A stretch of 64,000 nucleotides of DNA from Eledone cirrhosa (Eukaryota). The notes under the pieces are model-generated. The model was not told the origin of the DNA and ran no database searches. It saw only the letters and a list, made by a program, of their open reading frames with translations. The position numbers and the translations under genes are program-made. The stretch spans positions 150,350,001-150,414,000 of the forward strand of contig OZ024740.1 in NCBI GenBank assembly GCA_964016885.1, read 5' to 3'. Below, in pieces: positions 1-13,543 of this stretch (positions are counted from its first letter, which is position 1; each line of letters starts with the position of its first letter).

Positions 1-559
1 GGGGCTCTTAGCGATCAGGGTGGTTACGGATCTGTGGGGTTCCCAATTCATCCCTGGTTGGTACTTCTCTCTAACTGTTTGGAAGCCCCTCAGATCGACT
101 GTATCTGTAATTCATGGGGCCAACATTGTTACATATTTTGTTACACTGAATCTCCATCAGAAGTATATTAAAGAAACACGTGTTTTTGAAATGCTCAGCA
201 ACTTGTTAATTTCTTGAGTAGGCTGTTCCGTTAATCGAACAACTGTAACACTCATCGTCTAAAATGACGGAGATCCGTTCCATTTCATAATGTCATTTGG
301 GAGGATAGGTTTGTAGTTTGTATAGTGATGATGTGATGAATTCAGATCCGTCCAAAGTATTCCATTAAATGTATCTCTTCACGAACTTTACGTTTCTATT
401 GTTTACCTGGCAGTTTCATTTATATATTTTTAAATTCCATGTGAAATTAAGTGCCCTGCCTGCTCACAATGAAACGCCTTCACTTCACTTTGAATGTTAA
501 ATCGACTTTGTAATTAACTGTCACTGTTTATTTTATGCAACTTGGGAGGATATAAAGAG

Positions 560-650
560 AAGTTGACCACGGCAGAATTTGAACTCAGAACGTAAAAGGC
601 CATAGCTAAATACCTCAGATATTTTCATCAACGTTCTGCCAGTCAGCCAC
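560..650 (-). mobile_element. degenerate tRNA-derived SINE fragment
   Basis: Contains GAATTTGAACTCAGAACGTAAA, the reverse complement of the B-box region (CTGAGTTCAAAT) seen in the intact SINE copies in this window. Confidence 0.5.
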
Positions 651-1231
651 AAGTAAATGTCGAAAATTAAAGATAAATAAATAGAATAAACCCCAACCAT
701 TACTACTTGATATTGAACCACTTTCGAACACGGCCGAAGCGTATCTACTGAATTAAATTACGGTAACGGCTTATGTGCAAATTAAACAATTTTATTCAGC
801 TTTCTATAGACATTTTAATTTTGGTTCTAACAGATTACAATTTAATTTCCATTTCTTCAAATCCCTTCAGAATCAGACGCTTTTTTCAGCTTCGCATTTT
901 TGTTTTATTTCTTGTTTTGTTTTTCTTACTGCAAAGACATTCTAGAAATGAAGAAGACACTTATGCTTTTATTGAAGCATCAGAATCTCCATAAATGACA
1001 CCATCAAATCTAACAATAAAAATAACTAAAACAGCAGCAACGGCTAACTAATCATTTGGAAATCAACTGACATTTTTCGATCGAGAGTAAAATGGTGCTG
1101 TTTATTGAAGATCGCTCGTTAAGTTAGCGGAAGCTAGAGTGTAGAAAGAACTTCTGGGAAAATAGATTAAATTGTGAAAATTTTATGGGCGTATGATGTG
1201 GAAGCATTATTTCTCGAATAACTCTTGTTTA

Positions 1232-1237
1232 CATGTG

Positions 1238-1325
<88 letters not shown>

Positions 1326-1650
1326 GGCGCACGCGTTAGTGTGCGTGCGTGCGTGTGTTCGCATCTGTGTATATATACACACATACACACACGCATATCT
1401 GTGTGCGCATTTGCGTTTGTGTGACTGTGTATCTATAAACATATTTTCATACACACACATATATATATATGCACACACACGCACACACATATATATATAT
1501 ATGTGTGTGCATATATGTGTGCGTGCGTATACACACACGCACATACATACGCACATACGTACATACATACATACATAAATACATACATACATAACACACA
1601 TATATGTGCACCCAAGCCTCCATACACATTTAGGCATGTATATATTTATA
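1232..1650. repeat. (TG)n/(TA)n/(TACA)n compound microsatellite
   Basis: Directly visible; explains the CV/HT/YI ORFs. Confidence 0.95.
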
Positions 1651-3374
1651 TTGTCTCATTACTATTGAAGTTTTGAAGCTAATGATTTTGTTTGTGTTGT
1701 TGATGTTATTATTGTTTCATTTGTTGTAGTTCCTTATACGCGGCTTGAATTGTGACGTTTGTAATGACATTTTTATTGAAAAATCAAAAACTGAGGCTTT
1801 GTGTGGATGTATGTATGTAGGTAGGTGGCCGTTGAGAGATGTAGATATACAATGGAGACGGTATATATGGAAGTGGTGTGTGAGTTATGTTGAAATGTGG
1901 AGTAGTCGTGGTGGGAGGGAAGTGTTGAAGAGAGTGTAGGTGGTGGTAGAAAGGAGGCCAAGAAGAAATTGTAGGTAGTTGTTGTGAAGTAGGTGTTAAC
2001 GAGAATGTCAGCTGTGTTGGAAAGTATCGTAGTACTGGGGTACACGCCGCCTAAGGCTTCAGAAAGCAACTGATTCTTTTTTGGTACTTTCCTTTCGTAT
2101 GTTATTCTAACATTGCATCACGATTTAAAAAAAAATGCTGTGTATCGTGTATGTTTATTGATGTCTCGTTTTTACTCATGTAAAACATGAATACGTTACA
2201 TGTTGCTTCATGTAAGATTGTTGGGTGCCTTCTTCAGAAACGTTTAAGACTTATTCTGAATCTCTGTTGGCTGTCACAGACTCCGGGCACAGATTTTTAG
2301 GGAAGCTAACGTCTTGATTATTATAAAAAACAAAACAAAATGTACCGTTTAGGTTGGACCAGATATCTTGTACGAATGAATGACCAAAGATCCCGAAGCA
2401 GATGCTATACGGTGAGCTTGTATGAGAAATGTGCTCCTAGCACAAACCAATGTATAGCATGACAGAGTGCTGAAGAGGTCCAATAAGACAGTAATATATC
2501 AATAATTGTTACTGTACTATTAAAAATTAGATTAAATTCTGTTTGCATTCCACATTAATTAGTTCAGATGTTGGGGTTATTTCTCCTGCCTTTTCGGTCC
2601 TTCTCCCCAAATATATTGGATACAGACTGTATTGGTCACTCCGACAGGTGATTACAGAGTATTTTACGGCCAGCGCTTCACTTTTGAAAAGTACTAAAAT
2701 AATTCCGAGTTGCCTGGTTCTAGTAATGTGGTGCTGCCTCCGGTCGTCTGGTTTTTGCCGAACTACATCAGTAGTTAAAGGTTTTTTGCGGTTGCTGCCA
2801 ATACCTCAGGTGGAATATTGTTGTTCATGTTGTTTATGTTGTTATTGTTCATGTTGCTGTTGTTACTATTTATTTTGTCGTTGTTGTCTGTGTAATTGTT
2901 ATTTTGTTTTTGTTGCAGTGGTGGTGGCTGTGGTGATGATGGTGGGGTTGTAGTGGTAGTGGTGGTGGTGGTGGCAATGTTCGTATTAGTGTTGTTTTTT
3001 TTTGTTATGTTTGTTTTATTTTGTTTTTTTTGCGAATATGACGGTGGTGTCAATGTTTTTAAAAGCGGTAGTTGGCTTCATATTCCCATATAGAGTTGTT
3101 GGTGTTGCTGCTGTCGTTGTTTTGAAATGTGCTTGTTTCATCCTGTAGACAGCTGGCTGTTCATTTTAGCGAAAAAACAAACAAACACATGTTTAGTCCT
3201 TAAGAGTTCCAGGTAGGGGAAACCAACCAGATCCCTATGGTAATGGTTGGTTTTGCCACAAATTAATATATAATGTTCAGAGAAAAATGTTTTAAAAACA
3301 CGTAAACAAATAAGGAACGTACTCCACAGCTGTGTACCAGGTCTCAAGAGAGTAAACAACAACAACACCAGTAA

Positions 3375-3715
3375 TAATTGTTTCTACTTTTGGCACAAGG
3401 CCAGCAATTACCCAGTGTATTACTGGTACTTTATTAAGCCTGTAAGGATGAAAGGCAAAGTTAACCTCGGCGGGATTTGAACTCAGACCATAAAGGGACG
3501 TAACTCTTTGCTGCAAAGCATGGCGAACACCACCAGTAATAATGGTTTCTGATATAGGCACTATGCCAACAACGTTTGGGGAAAGGGAAGTCAATTTAAT
3601 CGACCCCAGTGCATTACTAGTACTTTATTTTATCGACTCCGTAAGGATGAAAGACAAAGCTAACCTCGACAGGATTTGAACTCAGAACGTAAAGGGACAT
3701 AACTCTGTTGCAAAA
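3375..3715 (-). mobile_element. two tandem tRNA-derived SINE copies
   Basis: Both contain GGATTTGAACTCAGA and GGATGAAAG(G/A)CAAAG; ACACCAGTAATAAT occurs at ~3365 and ~3529 (TSD-like). Confidence 0.85.
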
Positions 3716-4255
3716 CTAATGATTTCCTTATTAGCCAGAAAGCATTACACATAGACTATAATTGGTCACAATACATATGGGCGAAACAGAAATCTATTTA
3801 TAAAACAATAAGAGTCTAGGAGCAAGAATGTTATACAATACATATTAATTTGATAGAATATAAATATAATGTAAAATTCTTACAGAACAAACAATAATTA
3901 ACACATATTAAAAAGCCCCACTTACTCACATATAGATGGGTCCACACTAGTTAAATCGAGTCAGAACACCCAACAGTTCTGTTCACTCACCATGCATTAT
4001 ATATCTCGGAGATCACCGAAATCCTCCATAAGCATTTCTTCGGTGACTTCATCAACAGATCGCGAAATTACTACCAGTCCCTTATCAGTCGTCAGTAAAA
4101 ATGTATGAACTTAAGTTTATGTTATTCCAAGACATTTTTAACACAAAGAATGTCCGGCATAACTGAACTGACACCTGCTTTAACGAAAGCCTGTACGATA
4201 ATGATGCAGCTTTACTCATTTAATTCCACAATTAATTAAATAATTATGATTTAAA

Positions 4256-4445
4256 TAATTGTTTCTACTTTTGGCACAAGGTCAGCAATTACCCCAGTGC
4301 ATTACTGGTACTTTATTTTATCGACCCGTAAGGATAAACGGCAAAGTTAACCACGGCTTGATTTGACCTCAGAACGAAAAGGGCGATAACTCTATGTTAC
4401 AAAGCATGGCGTCCGACCCTCTACCGATACTGCCAATCCACCGCC
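4256..4445 (-). mobile_element. tRNA-derived SINE
   Basis: Full-length reverse copy of the family (TTGGCAGTATCGGTAGAG...GTAGAAACAATTA). Confidence 0.9.
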
Positions 4446-4462
4446 ATTACTAACTAAAGTGG

Positions 4463-4711
4463 ATTGGCAATATTGGTATAGGCAATATTGGTATTGGCAG
4501 TATTGGTATTGGCAGTATTGGTATAGGCGGTGGATTGGCAGTATTGGTAGAGTGTCGGATGCCATGCTTTGGCGCATAGAGTTACGGCCCTTGCCATTCT
4601 GAGTTCAAATCCCGCCGAGGTTAACTTTGTATTTCATCCTTACGGGGTCGATAAAATAAAGTACCAGTAATACACTGGATAATTGCTGGCCTTGTGCCTA
4701 ACGTAGAAACA
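4463..4711 (+). mobile_element. tRNA-derived SINE with 17-bp TSD and tandemly amplified 5' end
   Basis: ATTACTAACTAAAGTGG at 4446-4462 and 4712-4728; GAGTTCAAATCC B box; repeated GGCAGTATT/GGTATT units at 4463-4550. Confidence 0.9.
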
Positions 4712-5073
4712 ATTACTAACTAAAGTGGGGAGGCATGTTTTCATTGTCCAGCTACGTCACGTTCTAGTTTCGATTCATAGTTGTGCAACGGCTATGATAT
4801 CTTATCCAACGTAGAGGCTCAGTTTTAAAAGAAGCAACACCTGGCTACGCGTTTATCGGACACTGGTCATTTGCCGGTAGCATCCGTTCACTCTTAATCA
4901 TCACCACAGTCGTTAATACAACAATGACGACGACGATGGCGACTACCACCACTAACACCACCGCCGCCGACAGCACAGAAGCGTAGCTATCAACTACTGT
5001 TCTAATCACGATCATCACACTACTATTTCTACTATCATCGCCACTACTACCATCATTATAACTACTACTACTG

Positions 5074-5158
<85 letters not shown>

Positions 5159-5391
5159 GCAGACCCACACACAGACTTTACATAAGCACATACTGCACAC
5201 ACAAATGTGAATTCCACACTAATAACCACACGCTACATAACTACTCACACATACACACATCCTGTATGACGCCATTACACCCCGAACATCCATTATATTT
5301 AAGAGGTTTTCAAGATGTTTATTAACTCATTCTATAATCTCCTCCTCCGCTAAATCCAACCTCTGCACTACCACAACATTAATGCTACCTG

Positions 5392-6230
<839 letters not shown>

Positions 6231-6509
6231 ACGTATGAAAGCGTGGATGTGAGTACGAATGTGGGTGTCTAGGAATATATCCATTTTATAGTCACGTATG
6301 TGTTTTTCTCAATATGGATGTATCAATATGTACATTAGAGTTGAGTAACGAATACAGTAGTGGAGGGGGAGTTTCTGAATTCCCAGAATGCTTTCCGTTT
6401 GTTACATAGCTAAGTCGATGAGGCGAAAAGTATAATGGTAATGACGGCAATAGCTGTGGTGGTGATGATGGTGATGTGTATATGCATAGCTGTATATGTG
6501 TGTATGTGA

Positions 6510-6581
<72 letters not shown>

Positions 6582-6584
<3 letters not shown>

Positions 6585-6768
6585 TTTATCCCGGGTTCAA
6601 TCGGGGGTAACCACAGTAAGTAAGGTACTCAATACATATCAGAGTATAAATATTTAATATAGAAATGGCTTCTACAGGACTAGAACTGTTTCATTTAGGA
6701 GAAATCATTAGGGCTTCCTGATGATTTCTCCCGAATGAAACAGTTCTAGTCCTGTAGAAGCCATTTCT
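6582..6768. mobile_element. small HHR-bearing fold-back element (PLE pLTR-like); same family as 46704-47010
   Basis: Inverted arms AGAAATGGCTTCTACAGGACTAGAACTGTTTCATT / AATGAAACAGTTCTAGTCCTGTAGAAGCCATTTCT; lies between (TA)n and (CT)n. Confidence 0.7.
6712..6762 (+). ncRNA. type I hammerhead ribozyme
   Basis: Stem I GGCTTC/GAAGCC; CTGATGA 6718-6724; stem II TTC/GAA; GAAA 6737-6740; stem III CAG/CTG; GTA triplet. Confidence 0.75.
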
Positions 6769-6792
6769 CTCTCTCTCACTCTCTCTCTCTCC

Positions 6793-6831
<39 letters not shown>

Positions 6832-6992
6832 TTTGCATGTTTCTTTCACCTGCGTCTTCCCACGATGGGATCTGCACACTTTTTTCTTCTATTCCTTTCC
6901 TATGTTCCCCTTCTTGCTCTCTCCTCATCTCCCCCCCCCCCTGTTCTTCCTCATTTCCCTCTCTCTCCCTTTTTTTCTCTCTTTCTCTCTCC

Positions 6993-7113
6993 TTTTCCAC
7001 CTGGCCTTTTGATTAATAAAAGGCCCCTGGCGCACCCGAACTATACCGATGTCCCGTAATTCAGCGCCGAAACATCGGTTCGGGATACATTTACAGCTGA
7101 CGATGGAAAGTCC
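6993..7113 (+). ncRNA. candidate non-circularly permuted (pseudoknotted) hammerhead-like RNA, copy 1
   Basis: ACCGATG-TC pairs with GAAA-CATCGGT; GGCGC/GCGCC precedes GAAA; CCGTAA/TTACAG precedes CTGACGA; same topology at 46401-46509. Confidence 0.6.
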
Positions 7114-7494
7114 TTTCTTTCTTTCTCCTCCTCTTCCGCCCTAACCACCATCCTAAACCTTGTTTTTAGTAACCACACAGCTCCTTTCGTTTCATATCAT
7201 TATATATATATATATAAATGCACTTACTTTCTCTCTCTCACCCACATATATATAAAACTACATGTTTGCGCCTCTATCGTGTTCCAGCAGAAAGCGAGGT
7301 AGAGGGGTGCTTTACCTTAATAATGCCCATACGTCAGAAACAGCTATCGGTAATTCCCCCTTGTTTCTGCTGGAACTCGTTAGATGGGACCTTGCCACCA
7401 CCTCTTAATATTCACAGCTAAAGGCTTTCAAATGTTCATTTGTAAATATATCGTATACTATTCGATATACAATACACACACACACGCACGCACG

Positions 7495-7614
<120 letters not shown>

Positions 7615-7699
7615 CACATACATGTACAGGTATTTTTTTACACTAATCAGGTGCAATTGTTTTTATTAGAAACCATCAACTTTATTAACTCCCCCACTA

Positions 7700-8075
7700 C
7701 AGAACAATGTCCTCTACACCAAGTTTGCAATGTGCCCGCTGTGATATATGAGGTCGAGATCATCTCGACTCAACAAAACCAACTGGGCGTCATAACCTAC
7801 GAGGGAATGTCGGAAGGCCGGTTTAAAAAACAGCCTCTGTAACCCCGAGACAACCTTCAGATCTCTGGAAAAAAGGTGAACATTAAACTTGCTAGCCATG
7901 TGTAGACACTTAAAGACAGTGGCACTAATTTCTTGATGAAATGAAGATTCACAATAGATTCCAACCGTATGCAAATGGTTTGAGTCCATACCAATTATGT
8001 ACAGCAGAAATATGGAACATTCTTAAAATGCTATACAACCCAATCAACTGTTTGAATAGAATTGCTGCTCTCACA
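7700..8075 (+). pseudogene. decayed Penelope-like GIY-YIG endonuclease fragment
   Basis: CPL..CNVPAVIYEVEI...YEGMSEGRFK followed by frameshifts; same family as 14960-15845. Confidence 0.6.
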
Positions 8076-8089
8076 CACACAGATTCGTC

Positions 8090-8400
8090 TTAGAGAACTG
8101 GAAAATCGATCTTCTCATTCAAGCTGGAGGAACCCTTCCCTTGTTGACTTCCATCGCTTTCTGTTTGGTTTTGGTCATGTCTGGAGTGCAACTATACTCA
8201 CTACGCTTTCCCAATTGCGGATGGCCGTTGACTCTAAAGAGTTCATCCACCCTTTTAACAGCTCTTGTTTTTTTGCGCTGCTGGGGTTCCATTTACCCTC
8301 CTCACAAAACCAGGTTCTGGTGGGGGAGCCGGTTTAGTCACTAACCACTTGACCATGAAGCAGGCTGTACTGGGCTACACGGTACCAGTAGCATGCAGAA
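8090..8400 (-). mobile_element. LINE (RTE-like) 5'-UTR-type repeat; related to 42020-42270
   Basis: Shared ACCCTCCTCAC...GGTGGGG...GTTTAGTC and TACTGG...CCAGTAGCA hairpin; family assignment from memory. Confidence 0.4.
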
Positions 8401-8560
8401 TCCTGACCTGACATAATAAAAGAAGTACATCTCACTTTATATATATATTATATATATATATATATATGAAGTACAAATCTGAGACCTAGAACTCTAGGTT
8501 TACGCTTGTATTGCATTATAATATAGAGTGCCCATTCTTGTGACGGTCAATGCAATGTGG

Positions 8561-8687
<127 letters not shown>

Positions 8688-8729
8688 ATGATATTAAATA
8701 AATGGAAACTATATTTATAAAACCATATT

Positions 8730-8790
8730 TATTCTATTATATATATTTCAAGGGTACCAAAACTTTGGTACGCTCTCATCAGATAAAATA
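8730..8790 (-). ncRNA. type I hammerhead ribozyme in a small TA-embedded element (~8688-8945)
   Basis: Minus strand: TATTTTAT-CTGATGA-GAGCGTACCA..TGGTACCCTT-GAAA-TATATA-TA-ATAGAATA; 8-bp stem I, palindromic stem III. Confidence 0.75.
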
Positions 8791-9255
8791 CAAAGTTTGT
8801 TTTATAAATATTGACATAACCAGGAAGAAGAACTTAACGGTTCAAGTTCAAATTATTAAGATGAGTATGCAAATGAGGTTGAGGTATAGGGCTGAAAAAA
8901 ATGTTATTTTTAGACGCTATGTAGATTTAAATAATCATTAGGATATATATATGTATGTGTAGGAAGAAGAAATAAGAGCTTGTATTTACGTTAATTTAAA
9001 AAGAATTAATATATATATATATATAGTGAATGAATGAAGAATCCTAACTATGGAAACATCTTGTGGAGTATTGATGATTCTTTTTTATCTTGAAGTTCTC
9101 GCCAGTGTTCATTTAACCGTTCTCCTATGCTACGAGCTCTCTCACCTATGTACACTATATTCTTATCTTTACATTGTCCTTCAGTACATCTTATACTATA
9201 TACTACATTTCTAGTTTCACAGTTAATATGGTGGCTTAGTTTACAGATTATGCAT

Positions 9256-9573
9256 TTTAACTGTAAAACTAGAAATGTAGTATATAGCATAAGATGTACT
9301 GAAGGACAATGTAAAGATAAGAATATAGTGTACATAGGTGAGACAGCTCGTAGCATAGGAGAACTTCAAGATAAAAAAGAATCATCAATACTCCACCAAC
9401 ATGCTAAAATAGAACATAAGGGCAAATTAGAGAACATAGAAATAAAAATAGAATCTACACACAGAAAAGACGCAATGTTTAGACAAATCACAGAGGCAAT
9501 AAACATAAATGAACTCCAACCAAAATTAAATAGAAAACATGAATGGAATAGCAACATCACAACTTACAATTAA
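9256..9573 (+). pseudogene. Penelope GIY-YIG endonuclease C-terminal fragment
   Basis: NCKTRNVVYSIRC...YIGETARS...HAKIEH...RQITEAININELQPKLN. Confidence 0.85.
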
Positions 9574-9756
9574 GGACAAAATGAAAACACACACACACAT
9601 AGAACAAACAACTAACTAGTAACATGTAAATAAACAAATAAAAACACACACAGACACCCGGATGTAACACATGCGCAAACTAAGCACACAACACACAAAA
9701 ACAAGATGGCGTAGGACAGAACAAAGGAGAGGCACAAAACAAAGAAAAGAATCCCC

Positions 9757-9800
9757 AGTCACTGAAGAGGTCACAGAATATGTGACGAAAGAACCATGAC
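9757..9800 (+). ncRNA. minimal type I hammerhead, probably inactivated
   Basis: GTCA-CTGAAGA-G-GTCACA..TGTGAC-GAAA-GAAC-CA-TGAC; U16.1 is C here but T in the 31680 copy. Confidence 0.65.
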
Positions 9801-10234
9801 AATATATGAACAACCGTCCGGTTATCGAACCAACCAACTAACCGGAAATTTATAAATTTAATTTATAATAAATTGGAGTGAAAGCAACTGGTGAGTGTGT
9901 TTCTTATTGGCAACATGACCCTGACCCTCCCAAAGCATAACAATATATATATATATATATACACAGTTTAAGAGTAAACCAATCTTAAAGACAGAGATGG
10001 AGATATGTGAGGAGAAGAGAGAGTGGTGAATTAGTTAGAAGCCAAAAGCGTAAAGGCATGTGCTCAATGTGCAATATGCAGTGGACGGCAGCTAGATGGC
10101 TGGGTTCATGCAGAGGTTAGGTGCACAGAACTGGAAATATTCATTAGTTAAGCAAAACAAGACCATAAATTTGACAAGGAAGACATTATTTAAAGATTGT
10201 CAACATAGTTGTAGTTTAATGTAAGGAATGTAAG

Positions 10235-10290
<56 letters not shown>

Positions 10291-10409
10291 TCCGTTTACT
10301 TTATATTCCTTATTCCATCGTACCTTTATCAATATTTCATTATCTCTTTTGAAGTTCCGATGAACTGCTCCATTTTTACCTAAGTTAATTATCTTCATCT
10401 GAACCAGAT

Positions 10410-10552
10410 CAATAATTGTTTCTACTTTAGGCACAAGGCCAGCAATTATCCAGTACATTACTGGTACTTTATTTTATCGACCCCGTAAGGATGAAAGGCA
10501 AAGTTAACCTCAGCGGGATTTGAACTCAGACTGTAAAGGGACGTAACTATGC
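10410..10552 (-). mobile_element. 5'-truncated tRNA-derived SINE
   Basis: Reverse copy of the family; inverted relative to 10604-10753. Confidence 0.85.
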
Positions 10553-10603
10553 TAGATTCAGAAACATTATATGGAGTAGCGAAACAATTGCAAACGGACA
10601 TTA

Positions 10604-10753
10604 TTATGCTTTCCAGCATAGTTACGTCCCTTTACGGTCTGAGTTCAAATCCCGCCGAGGTTAACTTTGCCTTTCATCCTTACGGGGTCGATAAAATAAA
10701 GTACCAGTAATGTACTGGGTAATTGATGGCCTTGTGCCAAAAGTAGAAACAAT
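10604..10753 (+). mobile_element. 5'-truncated tRNA-derived SINE with (ATT)n tail
   Basis: CTGAGTTCAAATCCCGCCGAGGTTAACTTTGCC...GTAGAAACAATTATTATT. Confidence 0.9.
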
Positions 10754-10870
10754 TATTATTATTATTATTATTATTATTCCTTACACTCCTTACATTAAAC
10801 TACAACTATGTTGGCAATCTTTAAATAATGTCTTCCTTGTGAAATTTGTGGTCTTGTTTTGCTTAACTAA

Positions 10871-10951
<81 letters not shown>

Positions 10952-11495
10952 ATATATTCGCTTGTTTACATTTCAAAGCCATTCATTTAGCTTTTAGTAT
11001 TTAGCAAATTTCGGCATGATTCTTGTAAGGGAGTGTTTAGCTCAATGTTTAGAGTAATACGCTGGTATCTGAGATCTGGAATTTAATACATCATATCAAC
11101 CGCTGGCCACTTTTCCCGCCAACAGAATGAGGTGGTGGCTATTTAGATCAACCAATTTTATTTACAGTTATTTTTCTAAACCTCATAATCTCTCAGTGTT
11201 TCGAAAATTCAAACACTCACCATCTATGTAACTCCTACCCACAACCATCGAACAGGTTGCACATTAACCCTGTTCTCTACTCTTTCTTCCTCGGTACGTT
11301 AGCCTTCTTGGAACCAGTTCCTATTAATTTGCAGCTGAAGCGGGTGGTGGATGGGGACCAATATCATCACATCTATTTTACCTGCTCTATATTCTCCCGC
11401 ACATTCTCACTACGTCTTCTCTCCGTCACTATTCCTTCCCCTTCTCTGTCATTATCTATATGTATTTAAACCCAATTTATAATATTTTAATATTT

Positions 11496-11559
11496 CTTAT
11501 CTGATGAAGCTTAGCAGATATACGCTTTGCTGAAACATTGCGAAATTAAAAATGTTAAG
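11496..11559 (+). ncRNA. degenerate hammerhead motif
   Basis: CTGATGA-AGC...GCT-GAAA-CATT...AATG-TT; stem I (CTTAT/TAAG) fits only if 2 nt were deleted. Confidence 0.45.
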
Positions 11560-11680
11560 TATGTGTTTGTGTATGTATACAATGACCAGTTAGATGGCAT
11601 TTACTATAACTTGATATGGTATATATGTGCATATATAGTGTGTGTGCATATATATATAAGTATCAGGGTATTTATAGGAA

Positions 11681-11756
<76 letters not shown>

Positions 11757-11762
11757 TATATG

Positions 11763-11798
<36 letters not shown>

Positions 11799-12834
11799 CA
11801 CGGAATTTTGTATATATGTATATATACAGTGGCCAGTTAGAAGCGGTTTGTTAAGATTGGTGGATAAGAACAGTCCATTAGTTACAGACAAGATAGAGAT
11901 TAGAAAAAATAAATAAAACAGACGAGCCTACACTGCTAACAGGAATATTCGAGAAGAAATTCACTGAGAACACATTATATCAAATTCCGTGTATATGTGT
12001 ATATTTGTATATACATTTGCATATATATGTATATACATAGGTGTATATGTGTATATGCATGTATGATGTTCCAACTATTGCTACGCATTTATGTGTGTAT
12101 ACATGTATTAGAATGGACGTATCCGTGTACGTATGTTGGAGCTTGTGTGTTATATTGCCTCTTTAGTTGTACTGTCTATTTTGTAGGTTTTATTTTGTGT
12201 ACGTTGATCTGTTTTTCACCGAAGATTACTATTTGTTTGTCTCATTAAATATTAAAATATTACATTTTTTTCATTTTTTCTCATACATATGTATACACAC
12301 ACACACACACAGACGCACACACACATATATATAAATAGGTGTGTATGTGAGTGTATATATGTCTGTGTGCGTGAGTTTGTGTATATTAATATATCTGAGC
12401 ATGTATGTATTTTGAATAAAAATATACATACATGTATGTATGTATGTATGTATGTATGTATGTATGTATGTATGTATGTATGTATGTTTGTATGTATGTA
12501 TGTATGTATGTATGTATGTTTGTTTGTATGTATGTTTAATATGTATGTATGCATGTATGCACATATGTATATATATATATATGTGTTTTATATATACATA
12601 TATATATATACATATGTGCATACATGCATACATACATATATACATACATACAAACAAACATACAAACATACAAACACACACACACACATATATATATTTA
12701 TTTATAAGCTGAATAATGTGTTTTAAATATGATATACTGTAAAAATTATTATGCATGAACTTTTAAGCATATATATATATATATACATTTGTATGTGTGT
12801 ATGTATGCATGTGTATATATATGAATATATATAC

Positions 12835-12879
<45 letters not shown>

Positions 12880-12880
12880 G

Positions 12881-12949
<69 letters not shown>

Positions 12950-13101
12950 AAGTATTTGAGATTAATGGATATGAAGAAATCACCCACATTCTACCCATAT
13001 ACAAATATATATACATATATACTGAGATGTAGCAACATAGGTAGATAATGAGCCAATTTAATGGACTGATATGTGGAGGGAATATAATTATATATATATA
13101 T

Positions 13102-13137
<36 letters not shown>

Positions 13138-13543
13138 TGTGAGAGAGTGTGTGTGGAGAAAGATTTATAGAGATAAATAAGTAGTAATAGATTCGTAGAA
13201 AGATATAGCACATCAGGCAAATAAGAAGGTAGACCATAGAAAGACACGATTTTCTGCTCTATCGTTTTCTACACACTCTTTAGCATCAGGATCGATTTGT
13301 ACCTATTAGTCTTCTTTTTCTGTAACACCAATTATTTGGAAGACACATTGAATACAATGAATTTTAACCTAAAATATAGAGAAAATCTGTAGGATAGTTT
13401 TTACAGTTAGTGAACACTCATTTTTGTAAGTAATACTTCACACGCCCCTTAACAATTTCATCCAGTTCATTTATATGTAGTAGAAACTTATGTTTATGTA
13501 GCCCCCCCCCTCTCTCTCGCACACACGCAAATATACACAAATA

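Larger units (their letters stand above)
9048..9945 (+). mobile_element. 5'-truncated Penelope-like element with fold-back inversion at the truncation point
   Basis: GIY-YIG coding segment; ~9058-9226 is the reverse complement of ~9257-9400; 3' pLTR with HHR; second copy at 30966-31930. Confidence 0.85.

Noticed and set aside
2540-3145. Possible host exon (Asn/Thr/Pro-rich minus-strand ORF after CTACAG)
   Set aside because: Stops in all frames soon after the putative acceptor; low complexity; no recognisable domain.
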